From: an uncultured Acidobacteriota bacterium
Lineage (GTDB): Bacteria; Acidobacteriota; Vicinamibacteria; Vicinamibacterales; JAKQTR01
Reading direction: 5' to 3'
NCBI GenBank assembly: GCA_963843385.1
Contig: CAWJJY010000007.1
Span: 1,974,028-2,038,027 of the forward strand
Length of the DNA stretch: 64,000 nt
Part shown: positions 52,497 to 61,483 of the stretch, in pieces
Numbering within the stretch: the first letter of the stretch is position 1
How the letters are laid out: each line of letters starts with the position of its first letter
Notes under the pieces: generated by a model
Told to the model about the DNA's origin: nothing
What the model saw: the letters and a program-made list of their open reading frames with translations, nothing else
The model's database searches: none
Translations under genes and position numbers: made by a program

Positions 52497-54869
52497 TTAC
52501 TCCCTCGTCTTCAGGACTTCCACCAGGTCGAGCCGGTCGAGCCGGCCGCGGACGGCAATGGCCGAGATCGCCGTCGCGGCGGCGACGGTCAGGGCGGAGA
52601 ATGCGTAGGCGCCCGGGCGAACCACCAGCGGGAGCCTCCACAGCTCGGTGTCCATCGCGCCCCGCATCGATTCGACCATCCCGAGGCCGATCAGCAGGCC
52701 GGCCGGGATGGCGACGATCGTGAGAAGCGCGAGCTCACCGAGCAGGATGTAGGAAATCTCGCCTCGGCTGAAGCCGATGACCCGAAGCGTGGCCAGCTCG
52801 CGGCTTCGCTCCGACAGCGAGATGCGGGCGTTGTTGTAGACCACGCCGAAAGCGATGATCGCGGCAAACAGCACGAAGATGGCCAGCATCTGGTTCATGA
52901 GCGCCCCCATCGACTCTTGAAGGCTTTCGCGGGCCGCGCGTTTGAGCAACACGCTTCCGACTCGCGGGGTGGCCTTCAGACGCCGATACAGCTCATCTGT
53001 CTGCATCGCATCAACCTGCAGGTACGCTCCGGAGACGGTGTCTCCCTCCTCCATGAGTCGGTGGAGCGCGGCGAGGTTCATATAGACGTTCAGGCCCATG
53101 TATTCGTCGACCAGGTCGGCAACCGGGAGCGTCCTGGACGCACGTCCGCCTTCGAGAATGTCCACGGTCACGGCGTCTCCGCGCGACACGCCGAGCACGC
53201 GCCCGAGTTTCTCGGAGAGCACGAGGCCGTCGGGCGGAAGCGTGATCACCCGCATCGAGGCGTCGACGACCCGATTCAGGCGCGGGCTGGCGGGAGCGCC
53301 CAGGATCGCCGTGATTCGAGACCGCGCCCCGCTTCGAATTCGGACCGGCACGGCGCGGAACGGCTCGGCGTCGATCACCCCTGGCAGGCGGCGCAGTTCC
53401 TCGGTCGCAGACGACGACGAGGGTTCGACCAGGCTGACCATCACGTCGAATCGCTGGGCAACATCGAATTGCGTGTCCATCAGCATGTCGATTGAGCCGG
53501 TCGCGAAGCTGCCCACGACGAGCAGCGACCCCGCGAGTCCGACGCCGACGACCGACGCCACCGCCCGCCCAGGGTGGCGTTCCAGCGTGCGCACGATCAT
53601 CCGCTCGGGCTCGGGCAGGAATCGTTTCAGTCCGATGCGCTCTGCGAAGCTGACCCGGTACCGCGCAGGGAGCTCCGGGCGCATCGCTTCCGCGGGCGGG
53701 AGCTTCACCGCGCGTCCCACGGCGCCGACTGCCGCGAGAACGGCCGACGCGACGCCCACCGCCAGCGCACCGATCAACAAACGCGGCTGCAGACTGTAGA
53801 GCAGAATCGGGAAGTCGAAGAAATCCGTGTAGAGCTTCGTGTAGGCCTTCCCGAGCCACGCGCCAACGCCAATTCCGAGCACGGAGCCGGCCACGGCGAT
53901 GGCGAGACTCCATTTCACGTAGTGCCACGCGACCTCGAAGTTTCCGTAGCCCAGCGCTTTGATCGCGGCTATCTGCGGCCGCTGCACCGTCACGATGCGC
54001 TGCAGCACGACGTTGAGCAGGAACGCCGCCACGCCAAGGAAGATGACCGGGATGATCGCGCCGAAACCCTCGAGCTGCGCCAGTTCGTTCGCCAGGTACC
54101 AGTGAGAGGGCTGCAGGGCTCGCGGCATGGCTCCGATCCCGCCGTAGCCGCTCTCGAGGAGTCGATCGAGCCTGGCCACGACCTCGGCTTCCGACGCGCC
54201 TCGGGTCAACCGCAGCAGGACGCTGTTGAACGCGCCATCCAGGCTGAAGGCGGTCGAGAGCGCCCGGCGTTCCATCCAGAAGACGCCAAAGCGCTTCTCG
54301 TCGGGAATCAGCTCGCCGGGTCGAATCGGATAGACGTATTCGGGCGACAGCGCGAGGCCGACAATCCGCAGCGCGCGGCGACGGCCGTTGATGATCGCGA
54401 CCACTGAATCGCCGGGGCCCAGGCCGTGCGAGCGGGCGAACTTCTCGCTGGCGAGGACCTCGTCGGGCCGCCCGGCCTCGAGATAGCGCCCTTCGCGCAG
54501 GAAGATGTCGCAGAGCACCGGCCGCTCGGGCGCAGGCACCGAGATCAGGCGGCCGACGGCCGGCTCCGACAACCCGGGCACGTCCAGCGTCACGTCGACG
54601 ACGACCCGGGTGTCGACCTGGGCTACGCCGGGAATCTCGGCAATGGTCCCGGCGACCGAGTTCGGGGCACGCTTGAGCGAGGCGAACACGTCGGCGAATC
54701 GATACCGGTCGTAGTAGGTGCGCAGCGTGAGGTCGAGCGCGTCGAAGGTGGAAAACATCGACACGAATATCGAGATGCCAGCCGCCACCACGAGCGCGAT
54801 GGCGACAGCCTGGCCCTTGATACCCCAGAGGTCCCTCACGAGCTTGCGATCGAGCGCCGAGAGCTTCAT
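52497..54869 (-). CDS. ABC transporter permease with two FtsX-like (MacB/YbbP-type) modules
   Basis: From ATG 54869: MKLSALDRKLVRDLWGIKGQAVAIALVVAAG. Two repeats of a large periplasmic loop plus the 4-TM FtsX pattern (IAAIKALGYGNFEV..., LATLRVIGFSRGEISYILLGE...). Confidence 0.85.
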   Translation of the reverse strand: MKLSALDRKLVRDLWGIKGQAVAIALVVAAGISIFVSMFSTFDALDLTLRTYYDRYRFADVFASLKRAPNSVAGTIAEIPGVAQVDTRVVVDVTLDVPGLSEPAVGRLISVPAPERPVLCDIFLREGRYLEAGRPDEVLASEKFARSHGLGPGDSVVAIINGRRRALRIVGLALSPEYVYPIRPGELIPDEKRFGVFWMERRALSTAFSLDGAFNSVLLRLTRGASEAEVVARLDRLLESGYGGIGAMPRALQPSHWYLANELAQLEGFGAIIPVIFLGVAAFLLNVVLQRIVTVQRPQIAAIKALGYGNFEVAWHYVKWSLAIAVAGSVLGIGVGAWLGKAYTKLYTDFFDFPILLYSLQPRLLIGALAVGVASAVLAAVGAVGRAVKLPPAEAMRPELPARYRVSFAERIGLKRFLPEPERMIVRTLERHPGRAVASVVGVGLAGSLLVVGSFATGSIDMLMDTQFDVAQRFDVMVSLVEPSSSSATEELRRLPGVIDAEPFRAVPVRIRSGARSRITAILGAPASPRLNRVVDASMRVITLPPDGLVLSEKLGRVLGVSRGDAVTVDILEGGRASRTLPVADLVDEYMGLNVYMNLAALHRLMEEGDTVSGAYLQVDAMQTDELYRRLKATPRVGSVLLKRAARESLQESMGALMNQMLAIFVLFAAIIAFGVVYNNARISLSERSRELATLRVIGFSRGEISYILLGELALLTIVAIPAGLLIGLGMVESMRGAMDTELWRLPLVVRPGAYAFSALTVAAATAISAIAVRGRLDRLDLVEVLKTRE

Positions 54870-54897
54870 GGCCGCGTTCCGTCCGGGGGGCGGCTGG

Positions 54898-55638
54898 TCA
54901 CCACTTGATCTCGCGCGGAGACAGCCGTGTCGCGTTCCGCCTGTCGTCGACGATGCGTCCGTCGGCGAGCGTGACGACACGGTGAGCCATCGCCGCAATG
55001 GCGGCGTTGTGCGTGATGACACAGACCGTGGTGCCCGTCTCGCGATTGACCCGTTCGAGCGCCTCGAGCACGACCACCCCGGTCGTGATGTCGAGCGCGC
55101 CGGTCGGTTCGTCGCACAGCAGCACGTCCGGCCGCTTGGCGATGGCGCGCGCGATGGCGACCCGCTGCTGCTCGCCCCCCGACATCTGCGCCGGGAAGTG
55201 TTCCGCCCTGTCGTCGAGGCCCATCAGCGCGAGCGCGTCGCCCGGCTGGAGCGGGTCGTCGCAGATCTCGGTGACCAGGTCCACGTTTTCGCGGGCGGTC
55301 AGGCTCGGGATCAGGTTGTAGAACTGGAACACGAAGCCGACGCTGCGGCGCCGGTAGGCGGTCAGCCGCGACTCGTCGGCAGCGGTGAGGTCTTCCCCGC
55401 GAAAGAACACCTCGCCGCTGGTCGGCTGGTCGAGGCCGCCCAGGATGTTCAGCAGCGTGGATTTTCCGCTCCCCGAGTGGCCGAGCAGGACGAGGATCTG
55501 GCCCCGGTCCACGTCGAGATAGACACCCCGCAGTGCGTGCACCAGCACCTCGCCCATCGTGTAGATCTTCGTCACGTCGTGGACGTGGAAGATCGCCGAC
55601 TGATCCGCCTGCGGGTGATCAAGAGATGAAGGAAGCAT
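54898..55638 (-). CDS. ABC transporter ATP-binding protein (MacB/LolD-like)
   Basis: Walker A is [10 protein letters not shown]-loop is VFQFYNL, signature is [14 protein letters not shown], Walker B is [13 protein letters not shown]-loop is VITHN. Confidence 0.9.
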   Translation of the reverse strand: MLPSSLDHPQADQSAIFHVHDVTKIYTMGEVLVHALRGVYLDVDRGQILVLLGHSGSGKSTLLNILGGLDQPTSGEVFFRGEDLTAADESRLTAYRRRSVGFVFQFYNLIPSLTARENVDLVTEICDDPLQPGDALALMGLDDRAEHFPAQMSGGEQQRVAIARAIAKRPDVLLCDEPTGALDITTGVVVLEALERVNRETGTTVCVITHNAAIAAMAHRVVTLADGRIVDDRRNATRLSPREIKW

Positions 55639-55651
55639 CGTGCTGTCGCTC

Positions 55652-56386
55652 TCAGTCCTGCTTCGTGATCCCGGGCTCGGCGATCCGGCGCCACAGGTCG
55701 AACACTCTCCGAAAGAGCCGGTCCTGCTCCACAGGACTCAGGTGATCGAGATGGTCGACCATCCAGTGATCGGCCGCCTGGTCGGCCGCCGTCAGGACGT
55801 CCAGCAACATGGCCGATGGGAGGTCAGCACGGACGGCCCCTGCCTGCTGGCCGCGTTCGATCAGGGCCGAGAGCCAGGCACGGCCCTGCTGGATCCGCGC
55901 CTTGAGCAGATCGTCCAGTTCGCTCGCCGGAAGCGGGTGATACAACAGGCGTCCGACACCGGCCAGCCAGGGCAGCTCACGGATCCGCTGCCGCGTGGCG
56001 AACGAGAGCGCCTCGAGACGAGGCCAGAAGGTGTCGGCCCGCAGCGCACCGATGTCGACCGATCGATCCGGGAAGAGCGTCTCCCACACCAGTTCCACGA
56101 CCGCCCCGAACAGGTCCGCCTTGCTGTCGAAGTAGTAGTAGAAGACGCCCTTGCTCAGTCCGAGCGCCTCGATGATGTGGTTGAGCGAGGCCCGCTCGAA
56201 CCCATGGGCGGCAAATTCCGAAGCCGCTGCCTCGAGAATGACCTGTCGCCTGGCAGGGTCCAGCCGGGCGAAGCGTGGACGTGGCACGGCCGCACCTCCA
56301 GTCGTTTCGGGGACTACTGAGCAGGACCGACGACACGCTTGCGGCGATCCAGTGGGGGCGGGAGGAACTCGATCGGACCAGAGCAC
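55652..56386 (-). CDS. TetR/AcrR-family transcriptional regulator, first gene of the ABC exporter operon
   Basis: HTH region: [48 protein letters not shown]. Its stop lies 13 nt before the ABC ATPase start. The true start (GTG 56386 or an internal GTG) is uncertain. Confidence 0.85.
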   Translation of the reverse strand: MLWSDRVPPAPTGSPQACRRSCSVVPETTGGAAVPRPRFARLDPARRQVILEAAASEFAAHGFERASLNHIIEALGLSKGVFYYYFDSKADLFGAVVELVWETLFPDRSVDIGALRADTFWPRLEALSFATRQRIRELPWLAGVGRLLYHPLPASELDDLLKARIQQGRAWLSALIERGQQAGAVRADLPSAMLLDVLTAADQAADHWMVDHLDHLSPVEQDRLFRRVFDLWRRIAEPGITKQD

Positions 56387-56420
56387 CCATGGCGAGCGCT
56401 CATCGTAGACTCAGTGATAG

Positions 56421-56432
56421 AACCGTACGGTT
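56421..56432. promoter_or_regulatory. Perfect 12-bp palindrome AACCGTACGGTT, a candidate TetR operator
   Basis: It lies 35 nt upstream of the tetR GTG in the divergent intergenic region. It is flanked by further partial inverted and direct repeats (GTAGAC...GTCTAC, GTGATA...TATCAC, TAGACT x2). Confidence 0.45.
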
Positions 56433-56503
56433 AGACTGCGTGGTCTACATTATCACGATTCCTGGCCGCTGACCAGAAGTCCTTGTTCCCCTGAGGACTC
56501 GGT

Positions 56504-56533
56504 GTGACTTCCGGGTCGGTCAGGGTGTAGAAT
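56504..56533 (+). promoter_or_regulatory. Candidate promoter GTGACT-N18-TAGAAT for the 56639 gene
   Basis: The hexamers were read directly in a locally AT-richer stretch. The predicted ~100-nt leader contains a T8 run (56617-56624) just before the GGAG RBS. Confidence 0.35.
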
Positions 56534-56638
56534 CTTTGGTGGTTTTATTGTGTCCCCTCGGAGAGGGTCCGCCGAAACCAGAGCAGTGGCTCCGTGCGCC
56601 CGGCCGGCGTGGTCCCTTTTTTTTGGAGACGAATACCG

Positions 56639-57835
56639 ATGACGCTCAACACATGTAAGCAAACCGCCGTCCTCGCCATCCTGGCCATGGTGCTCCTGGT
56701 CGCCGGAGCGACCGGCCTCGCCGCTCAGCCTGCGCCGAGCGACGGCTTCAAGAATCTTCAACGCCTTGGAGGTCCCTACCAGTTCAGCGCACAACTGAAG
56801 GACCTGGCCGCGGTCAAGCGGATGGCGGCGCGGAAGCCGATTCAGAAGGACCTCGGCACCGTGATGGAGAAAGCGGGACTGACTTCCCTGACGCAGAATG
56901 TCATCGACATCCTGTCCAAAGGCGATCCAGAGCAGCTCAAGGAGACCGAGTTCCAGCCGGGCGACACGATGGTCTGGATGGCGTTCCGTCGCGGCTCGAA
57001 GCCCGATATCGTCCGGAACCTGAAGTGGGCCGGCAAGAAGCCCTTCCCCGCATACATGTTCGTCATCGACGACATGGACAAGACCTACACGTTCATCCTG
57101 CCGAAGGCGTGCGCCAACCTGGCGCTTCAGTCCAGCGAGCCGAGCCGGGAGAAGGCCAAGCTGGACGCCGCGCAGCGAGAGAAGGAGCGTCTCGAACTCG
57201 AGCGCGTCAACCGAGAGAAGGCCGCGGCTGATGCGGCGCGGCTGGAGGCCGAACGCAAAGAGCAGGAACGCCTCGCCGCGGAGCGTGCCGCCGCTGCGGC
57301 TGCTGCAGCCGCCAAGGCCGAGGCCGACCGTCAGGAAGCCGCGCGCGTCGAGGCGCAGCGGGTGGAACAGGAGCGCATCGCCGCCGAGAAGGCGAAGGCA
57401 ATCGGCCTGTTCGCCGATTTCCTGTTCGGCAAAGAGCGCCGGGTGCGCGTCGACAACGTGGGCGGGCTCTGTGCGCCGCTGTTTGGCGCCAAGGTCGGCT
57501 ACATGTTCCAGGCGGGCCCGAATTTCTACATTGCGCCGGCCATCGGGGAAGCGCTGAACTTCGACCGCAATGCGAACTCGAGCTTCTTCGGCGAGGTCGA
57601 GGCCAACTACTTCGCGAACAAGAACCTGTTCGGAGCCGGTATCGCGGTGTGGGACATCACGCACAGCGACTGGGTGTCGCCGACCTTCATGGTCCACTAC
57701 GGCCGGCAGCTCAACCAGGATTCGCACGGCAACAAGGTGTTCTTCCTGGGTGAAGGCCGTCTATTCCTGAACCGGCTTGGTGACATCCAGAACAACTACC
57801 AGGCCTGGGCGGGCGTCCGGTTCATCCTGCGCTAG
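56639..57835 (+). CDS. Secreted protein: N-terminal domain, Glu/Ala/Arg/Lys coiled-coil (TolA-like) linker, C-terminal small beta-barrel-like domain
   Basis: Signal MTLNTCKQTAVLAILAMVLLVAGATGLAAQ. Coiled-coil: EKAKLDAAQREKERLELERVNREKAAADAARLEAERKEQERLAAERAAAAAAAAAKAEADRQEAARVEAQRVEQERIAAEKAK. The C-terminus is rich in G/F/Y/N strand-like segments and ends AWAGVRFILR. Confidence 0.6.
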   Translation: MTLNTCKQTAVLAILAMVLLVAGATGLAAQPAPSDGFKNLQRLGGPYQFSAQLKDLAAVKRMAARKPIQKDLGTVMEKAGLTSLTQNVIDILSKGDPEQLKETEFQPGDTMVWMAFRRGSKPDIVRNLKWAGKKPFPAYMFVIDDMDKTYTFILPKACANLALQSSEPSREKAKLDAAQREKERLELERVNREKAAADAARLEAERKEQERLAAERAAAAAAAAAKAEADRQEAARVEAQRVEQERIAAEKAKAIGLFADFLFGKERRVRVDNVGGLCAPLFGAKVGYMFQAGPNFYIAPAIGEALNFDRNANSSFFGEVEANYFANKNLFGAGIAVWDITHSDWVSPTFMVHYGRQLNQDSHGNKVFFLGEGRLFLNRLGDIQNNYQAWAGVRFILR

Positions 57836-57872
57836 GCGGGCGACACGGTCAGCCGCGCGAACGAAACACAGC

Positions 57873-57921
57873 ACGGGCGGTCCCGAGGTGCCGAGACACC
57901 GCGGGATCGCCCGTTTGTTTT
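57873..57921 (+). terminator. Rho-independent terminator of the 56639..57835 gene
   Basis: 13-bp stem ACGGGCGGTCCCG / CGGGATCGCCCGT (one G-U pair), with extra GGTG/CACC pairing inside the loop, followed directly by TTGTTTT. It lies 38 nt after the TAG. Confidence 0.7.
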
Positions 57922-57929
57922 GATGGCGG

Positions 57930-57971
57930 CCTGTCGGGCCGAATGACTCGGCCGTTCGGCTCGCCGACAGG
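57930..57971 (-). terminator. Compound hairpin (CCTGTCGG+GCCGAA ... TTCGGC+CCGACAGG) 44 nt after the DUF72 gene stop
   Basis: Two nested perfect stems of 8 and 6 bp. No U tract on the minus-strand transcript. Confidence 0.3.
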
Positions 57972-58014
57972 TCGGGCCCGTCAGTCCCTGGCAGAGGCGC
58001 CCGCCCGGCCGGGG

Positions 58015-59022
58015 CTAGACCGTTTCCGCGACGTAGCGTTCGGCGAGCGCTTCGATAGTCAGGGGCGCTGAACCTTCCGACTTGTTGTTCACCAACAGGA
58101 ACACCTGCCGGCCCGCCTTCGCCGATCGCCTGATGATCGAGATGGCGTCGCGGCGCATGGTGTCGTCGGGCTCGACCAGCCGGTCGAACGGCGCGAAGAC
58201 GTGGCGCTGTTCCTCGAACCACGAGCCGGGCCTCAACAGGAGGCGCACGACGACGAAGGGCAGATCCTCCGGAAGGATGGTCCGCACCTGGTCACCGGGC
58301 ATCGGCATCGCCGACCAGTAGTTGTAGACGTGAGCCGCGCCGTGGCGAAGCAGGACCCGGCGGTAGGCGTCGGTCAGCATGAACCGGTCGCGCAGTTCAA
58401 CGGCGTAGGTGAACGGCCGGGGCAGCTGCTCGAGAAACCTGTCGAGGGACTCGGTGAAGGCCGCGGCGTCGGCGGGCTGGCCCTGGGGCGGCGCGGAGAA
58501 CTGCAGGATGAATGGCCCGGCATGACCCGCGAACGCGCGGGCGAAGGGCTCGATCATTTCGGACTCGAAGCGCTGCGACGACAGGTAGTCCGGATTCGGC
58601 CCGGAACGGCGACGGGGTCCCGGCTCTCGAACGGAGGTCACCGCCGAAGGCGCCTTCGTGCAGCAGACGAACCCGTCCGGCAATTCTCCGGCGTACCGGT
58701 GCAGATCCTCTTCGGGAATCGGCGCGTAGTAGCCCCGATCGATTCCGACCGTGCGGAGAAGCGGGTGCCTGACGTATTCGCGCAGCCCCTCCCGGGCCAG
58801 CATCGACGCCGCACGCCGCCGCGAGTAGACAATCCCCTGCCATCCCGGGAAGCTCCACGAACTGGTCCCCATCCGCAGTTCCGGCGGCAGGGTGGCCGCC
58901 AGCACGCGGTAGCGCTCGTAGCGCTGCTCGAGGGGCGATCCCGGAGCCGGCCAGTCGCCTCCCCTTCCCTTGCGCGGGGGCTTCCCGGGTTCGAGTTCGA
59001 AGAGTCCCAGCTGGTCGGCCAT
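58015..59022 (-). CDS. DUF72 (UPF0759/YecE-like) domain-containing protein
   Basis: RMGTSSWSFPGWQGIVYS matches the DUF72 opening motif (GTSGWSY..W.G.FYP), and the rest is collinear with the TIM-barrel-like family. Its start lies 16 nt after the upstream Fe-S gene stop. Confidence 0.75.
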   Translation of the reverse strand: MADQLGLFELEPGKPPRKGRGGDWPAPGSPLEQRYERYRVLAATLPPELRMGTSSWSFPGWQGIVYSRRRAASMLAREGLREYVRHPLLRTVGIDRGYYAPIPEEDLHRYAGELPDGFVCCTKAPSAVTSVREPGPRRRSGPNPDYLSSQRFESEMIEPFARAFAGHAGPFILQFSAPPQGQPADAAAFTESLDRFLEQLPRPFTYAVELRDRFMLTDAYRRVLLRHGAAHVYNYWSAMPMPGDQVRTILPEDLPFVVVRLLLRPGSWFEEQRHVFAPFDRLVEPDDTMRRDAISIIRRSAKAGRQVFLLVNNKSEGSAPLTIEALAERYVAETV

Positions 59023-59038
59023 GGCGTGAGGTACGATT

Positions 59039-59839
59039 TTACATCCACCGCTCCGTCTGAACGTCTCCCCTGACGCCGATCTGGATGACCTTGATCGGAA
59101 CCTTCCGCGTGGCCTCGGCGACGGCCTGCTGCGCGAGTCTCACCAGGCCCCCGCAGCACGGCACCTCCATGACGGCGATGGTCAGCGTGTCGATTCCGGC
59201 CTGGTCGATCATCGCGGTCAGCTTCCGGACATACGCCTCCATGTGCTGATCGAGCTTCGGGCAGGCGATCGCCAGCGCCCGGCCGTCGAGGAAACGCTCG
59301 TGGAACTCGGCGACGGCGAATGCGACGCAGTCGGCCGCGAGCAGCACGTTCGCGCGCTGGAAGTACGGTGCGGTGGGCGCCACCAGGTGCAATTGGATCG
59401 GCCATTGTCGCAGCCGTGACGGACGCGGCGCACCTTCGGAAGCTGGCGCGGCGTTCGCCACGGGCCGGTCGAACATCTGGACTCGGCTTCCCGGACAGCC
59501 GCCCGCGTGTTCCTCGCGCACGACATGGAGCGACGCTCGTGCGGCCGGAACGCCCGCCGCCATGGGAACCACCGCCATCGGAACCGGAGCGGGAGCGGCT
59601 GCCCGGACCCGCCGCGCGACTTCGGCCTCGTCGAAGTCCGATGCCATGCGCTCGGTCACCTTCAGCGCACCGGTCGGGCACTCGCCCAGGCACGCACCGA
59701 GACCATCACAGAGCACCTCGGACACGAGACGGGCCTTGCCGTCGACGATCCGCAATGCGCCCTCGTGGCACGATGGCACGCAGACGCCGCAACCGTCGCA
59801 GAGTTCCTCATCGATTTGAATGATCTTCCTGAGCGCCAT
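59039..59839 (-). CDS. 4Fe-4S dicluster domain-containing protein with a Cys-rich C-terminal domain
   Basis: From ATG 59839 (GAGGA upstream): MALRKIIQIDEELCDGCGVCVPSCHEGALRIVDGKARLVSEVLCDGLGACLGECPTGAL (two CxxCxxCxxxC-type clusters). C-terminal region: LLAADCVAFA...IACPKLD...VMEVPCCGGL. Confidence 0.75.
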   Translation of the reverse strand: MALRKIIQIDEELCDGCGVCVPSCHEGALRIVDGKARLVSEVLCDGLGACLGECPTGALKVTERMASDFDEAEVARRVRAAAPAPVPMAVVPMAAGVPAARASLHVVREEHAGGCPGSRVQMFDRPVANAAPASEGAPRPSRLRQWPIQLHLVAPTAPYFQRANVLLAADCVAFAVAEFHERFLDGRALAIACPKLDQHMEAYVRKLTAMIDQAGIDTLTIAVMEVPCCGGLVRLAQQAVAEATRKVPIKVIQIGVRGDVQTERWM

Positions 59840-60073
59840 TGCTGTGTTTCCTCGAGTTGTGGCCGGCGTCATCTTGCCTGCGATCCCGCTCCGCCCGTCC
59901 GGTGCAGCGTGGCGGTACGGCACGATCGACCGCTCATCCATGACCTGTCAGTCTGCCGGTCACATCAACAATAGTCGACCGACCCCTTCCGCGCCTATGA
60001 CGGCGGTCAGGTCCGCGGGCTCGCGGCCACAGCCCGGGCGGCACGGGCGTCGGCAAGGCCGCCGGAGGGCCTG

Positions 60074-60082
60074 TGTTATGCT
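60074..60082 (+). promoter_or_regulatory. Extended -10 element TGTTATGCT 9 nt before the permease ATG (possible leaderless or very short-leader mRNA)
   Basis: TGn + TATGCT read directly at 60074-60082, with ATG at 60092. No purine-rich RBS lies in between (CACGCGGGA). Confidence 0.3.
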
Positions 60083-60091
60083 CACGCGGGA

Positions 60092-61429
60092 ATGGCCGAA
60101 TTCAAGCGCAGCTTGACGCTGTTCGACATGACCATGATCGCCATCGGCGGGACGATCGGGTCGGGCATCTTCCTGACGCCGTCGAGCATCGCCCAGGCGA
60201 TCTCGGCACCCTGGCTGATCATGGCCGTCTGGGTGGTCGGCGGCATGATCACGCTGGCTGGCGCGCTCACCTTCTCCGAGGCATCGGCCATGATGCCTCG
60301 CGCCGGCGGACAGTACGCGTTCCTCACGAGAGCCTACGGTGACCTGGTCGGATTCCTCTTCGGGTGGGCCTACTTCCTGGTGGTCAACGCGGGCGGACTC
60401 GGAGCGCTGAGCGTCGCCTTCGCGACCTATCTGGGCTTCTTCGTGCCGCTCGGGGTGGCCGGGACCAAGATCGCCGCGGTGACCGGCCTGCTGCTGCTCA
60501 CGCTGGTCAACATCCTGGGCGTCCGGGCCGGCGCGATCTTCTCTGACGTCTTCACGATCCTCAAGATTGCCGGCATCATGGGCCTGGTGGCGGTCGGGTT
60601 CGCCCTTGGCTCTCCGCACACGACCGACTTCTCGATGTCGATCGGGCAGACCGGCACCGGCGGCCTGTGGGGACCGCTCGCGCTCGCGATGGTTGGCGTG
60701 CTGTGGTCCTACGGCGGCTGGCAGCACGCCACCTACGCCACCGCCGAAGTCATCGATCCGCAACGCACGCTGCCGCGCGCCATGACGCTCGCGGCGCTGG
60801 CCGTCACCGCCATCTACGTCTCGTCGAACGTCGCGTACCTCTGGCTCCTGACGCCGGCTCAGATCGCCGCGTCACCGCGTGTCGCGGCCGACGCCATCGG
60901 GGGCGTGCTTGGCGGGGTCGGCGGGAGCCTGATTTCCATCGCGATTTTCATCTCCACCTTCGGCGTGGTCGGCATCTACACGCTCACCGCCCCGCGCATC
61001 TACTACGCCATGGCGGCCGACGGGCTCTTCTTCAGGAAGGTCGCCGAGATCCACCCGCGGTTTCACACACCAGCCTTCTCGATCGCCCTGCAATCGCTCT
61101 GGGCGGCTGTGCTCATCCTGTTCTGGGGCACCTTCGAGAACCTGATCTCGTATGTCGTGTTCACCGACTGGATCTTCTTCGCCCTCGGCGGCGCGAGCGT
61201 CATCGTGCTTCGGCGCAGGATGCCCGGCGCCGACCGGCCGTTTCGCGTTCCCGGGTATCCTCTGGTGCCGCTCTTCTTCGTGGCCACCTCGGTCTGGTTC
61301 GTGGCGATGACGCTGTGGCAGAAGCCGGAGGAGGCCTGGGCTGGAATCCTCTTTCTCGGGATGGGCGTTCCGGTTTACTACTACTGGAAGCGCAAGAATC
61401 GACGTGCCGTGCCCGGCGGCGAGTCGTAG
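60092..61429 (+). CDS. APC-superfamily amino acid permease
   Basis: 12-TM pattern. Opening motif: LTLFDMTMIAIGGTIGSGIFLTPSSIA. Further blocks: FSEASAMMPRAGGQYAF, VLWSYGGWQHATYATAEV. Confidence 0.85.
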   Translation: MAEFKRSLTLFDMTMIAIGGTIGSGIFLTPSSIAQAISAPWLIMAVWVVGGMITLAGALTFSEASAMMPRAGGQYAFLTRAYGDLVGFLFGWAYFLVVNAGGLGALSVAFATYLGFFVPLGVAGTKIAAVTGLLLLTLVNILGVRAGAIFSDVFTILKIAGIMGLVAVGFALGSPHTTDFSMSIGQTGTGGLWGPLALAMVGVLWSYGGWQHATYATAEVIDPQRTLPRAMTLAALAVTAIYVSSNVAYLWLLTPAQIAASPRVAADAIGGVLGGVGGSLISIAIFISTFGVVGIYTLTAPRIYYAMAADGLFFRKVAEIHPRFHTPAFSIALQSLWAAVLILFWGTFENLISYVVFTDWIFFALGGASVIVLRRRMPGADRPFRVPGYPLVPLFFVATSVWFVAMTLWQKPEEAWAGILFLGMGVPVYYYWKRKNRRAVPGGES

Positions 61430-61483
61430 GCGATCCTCGACACGCGCCTGCGCCAGACGAGGCACACCGAGCATCATCAGGCC

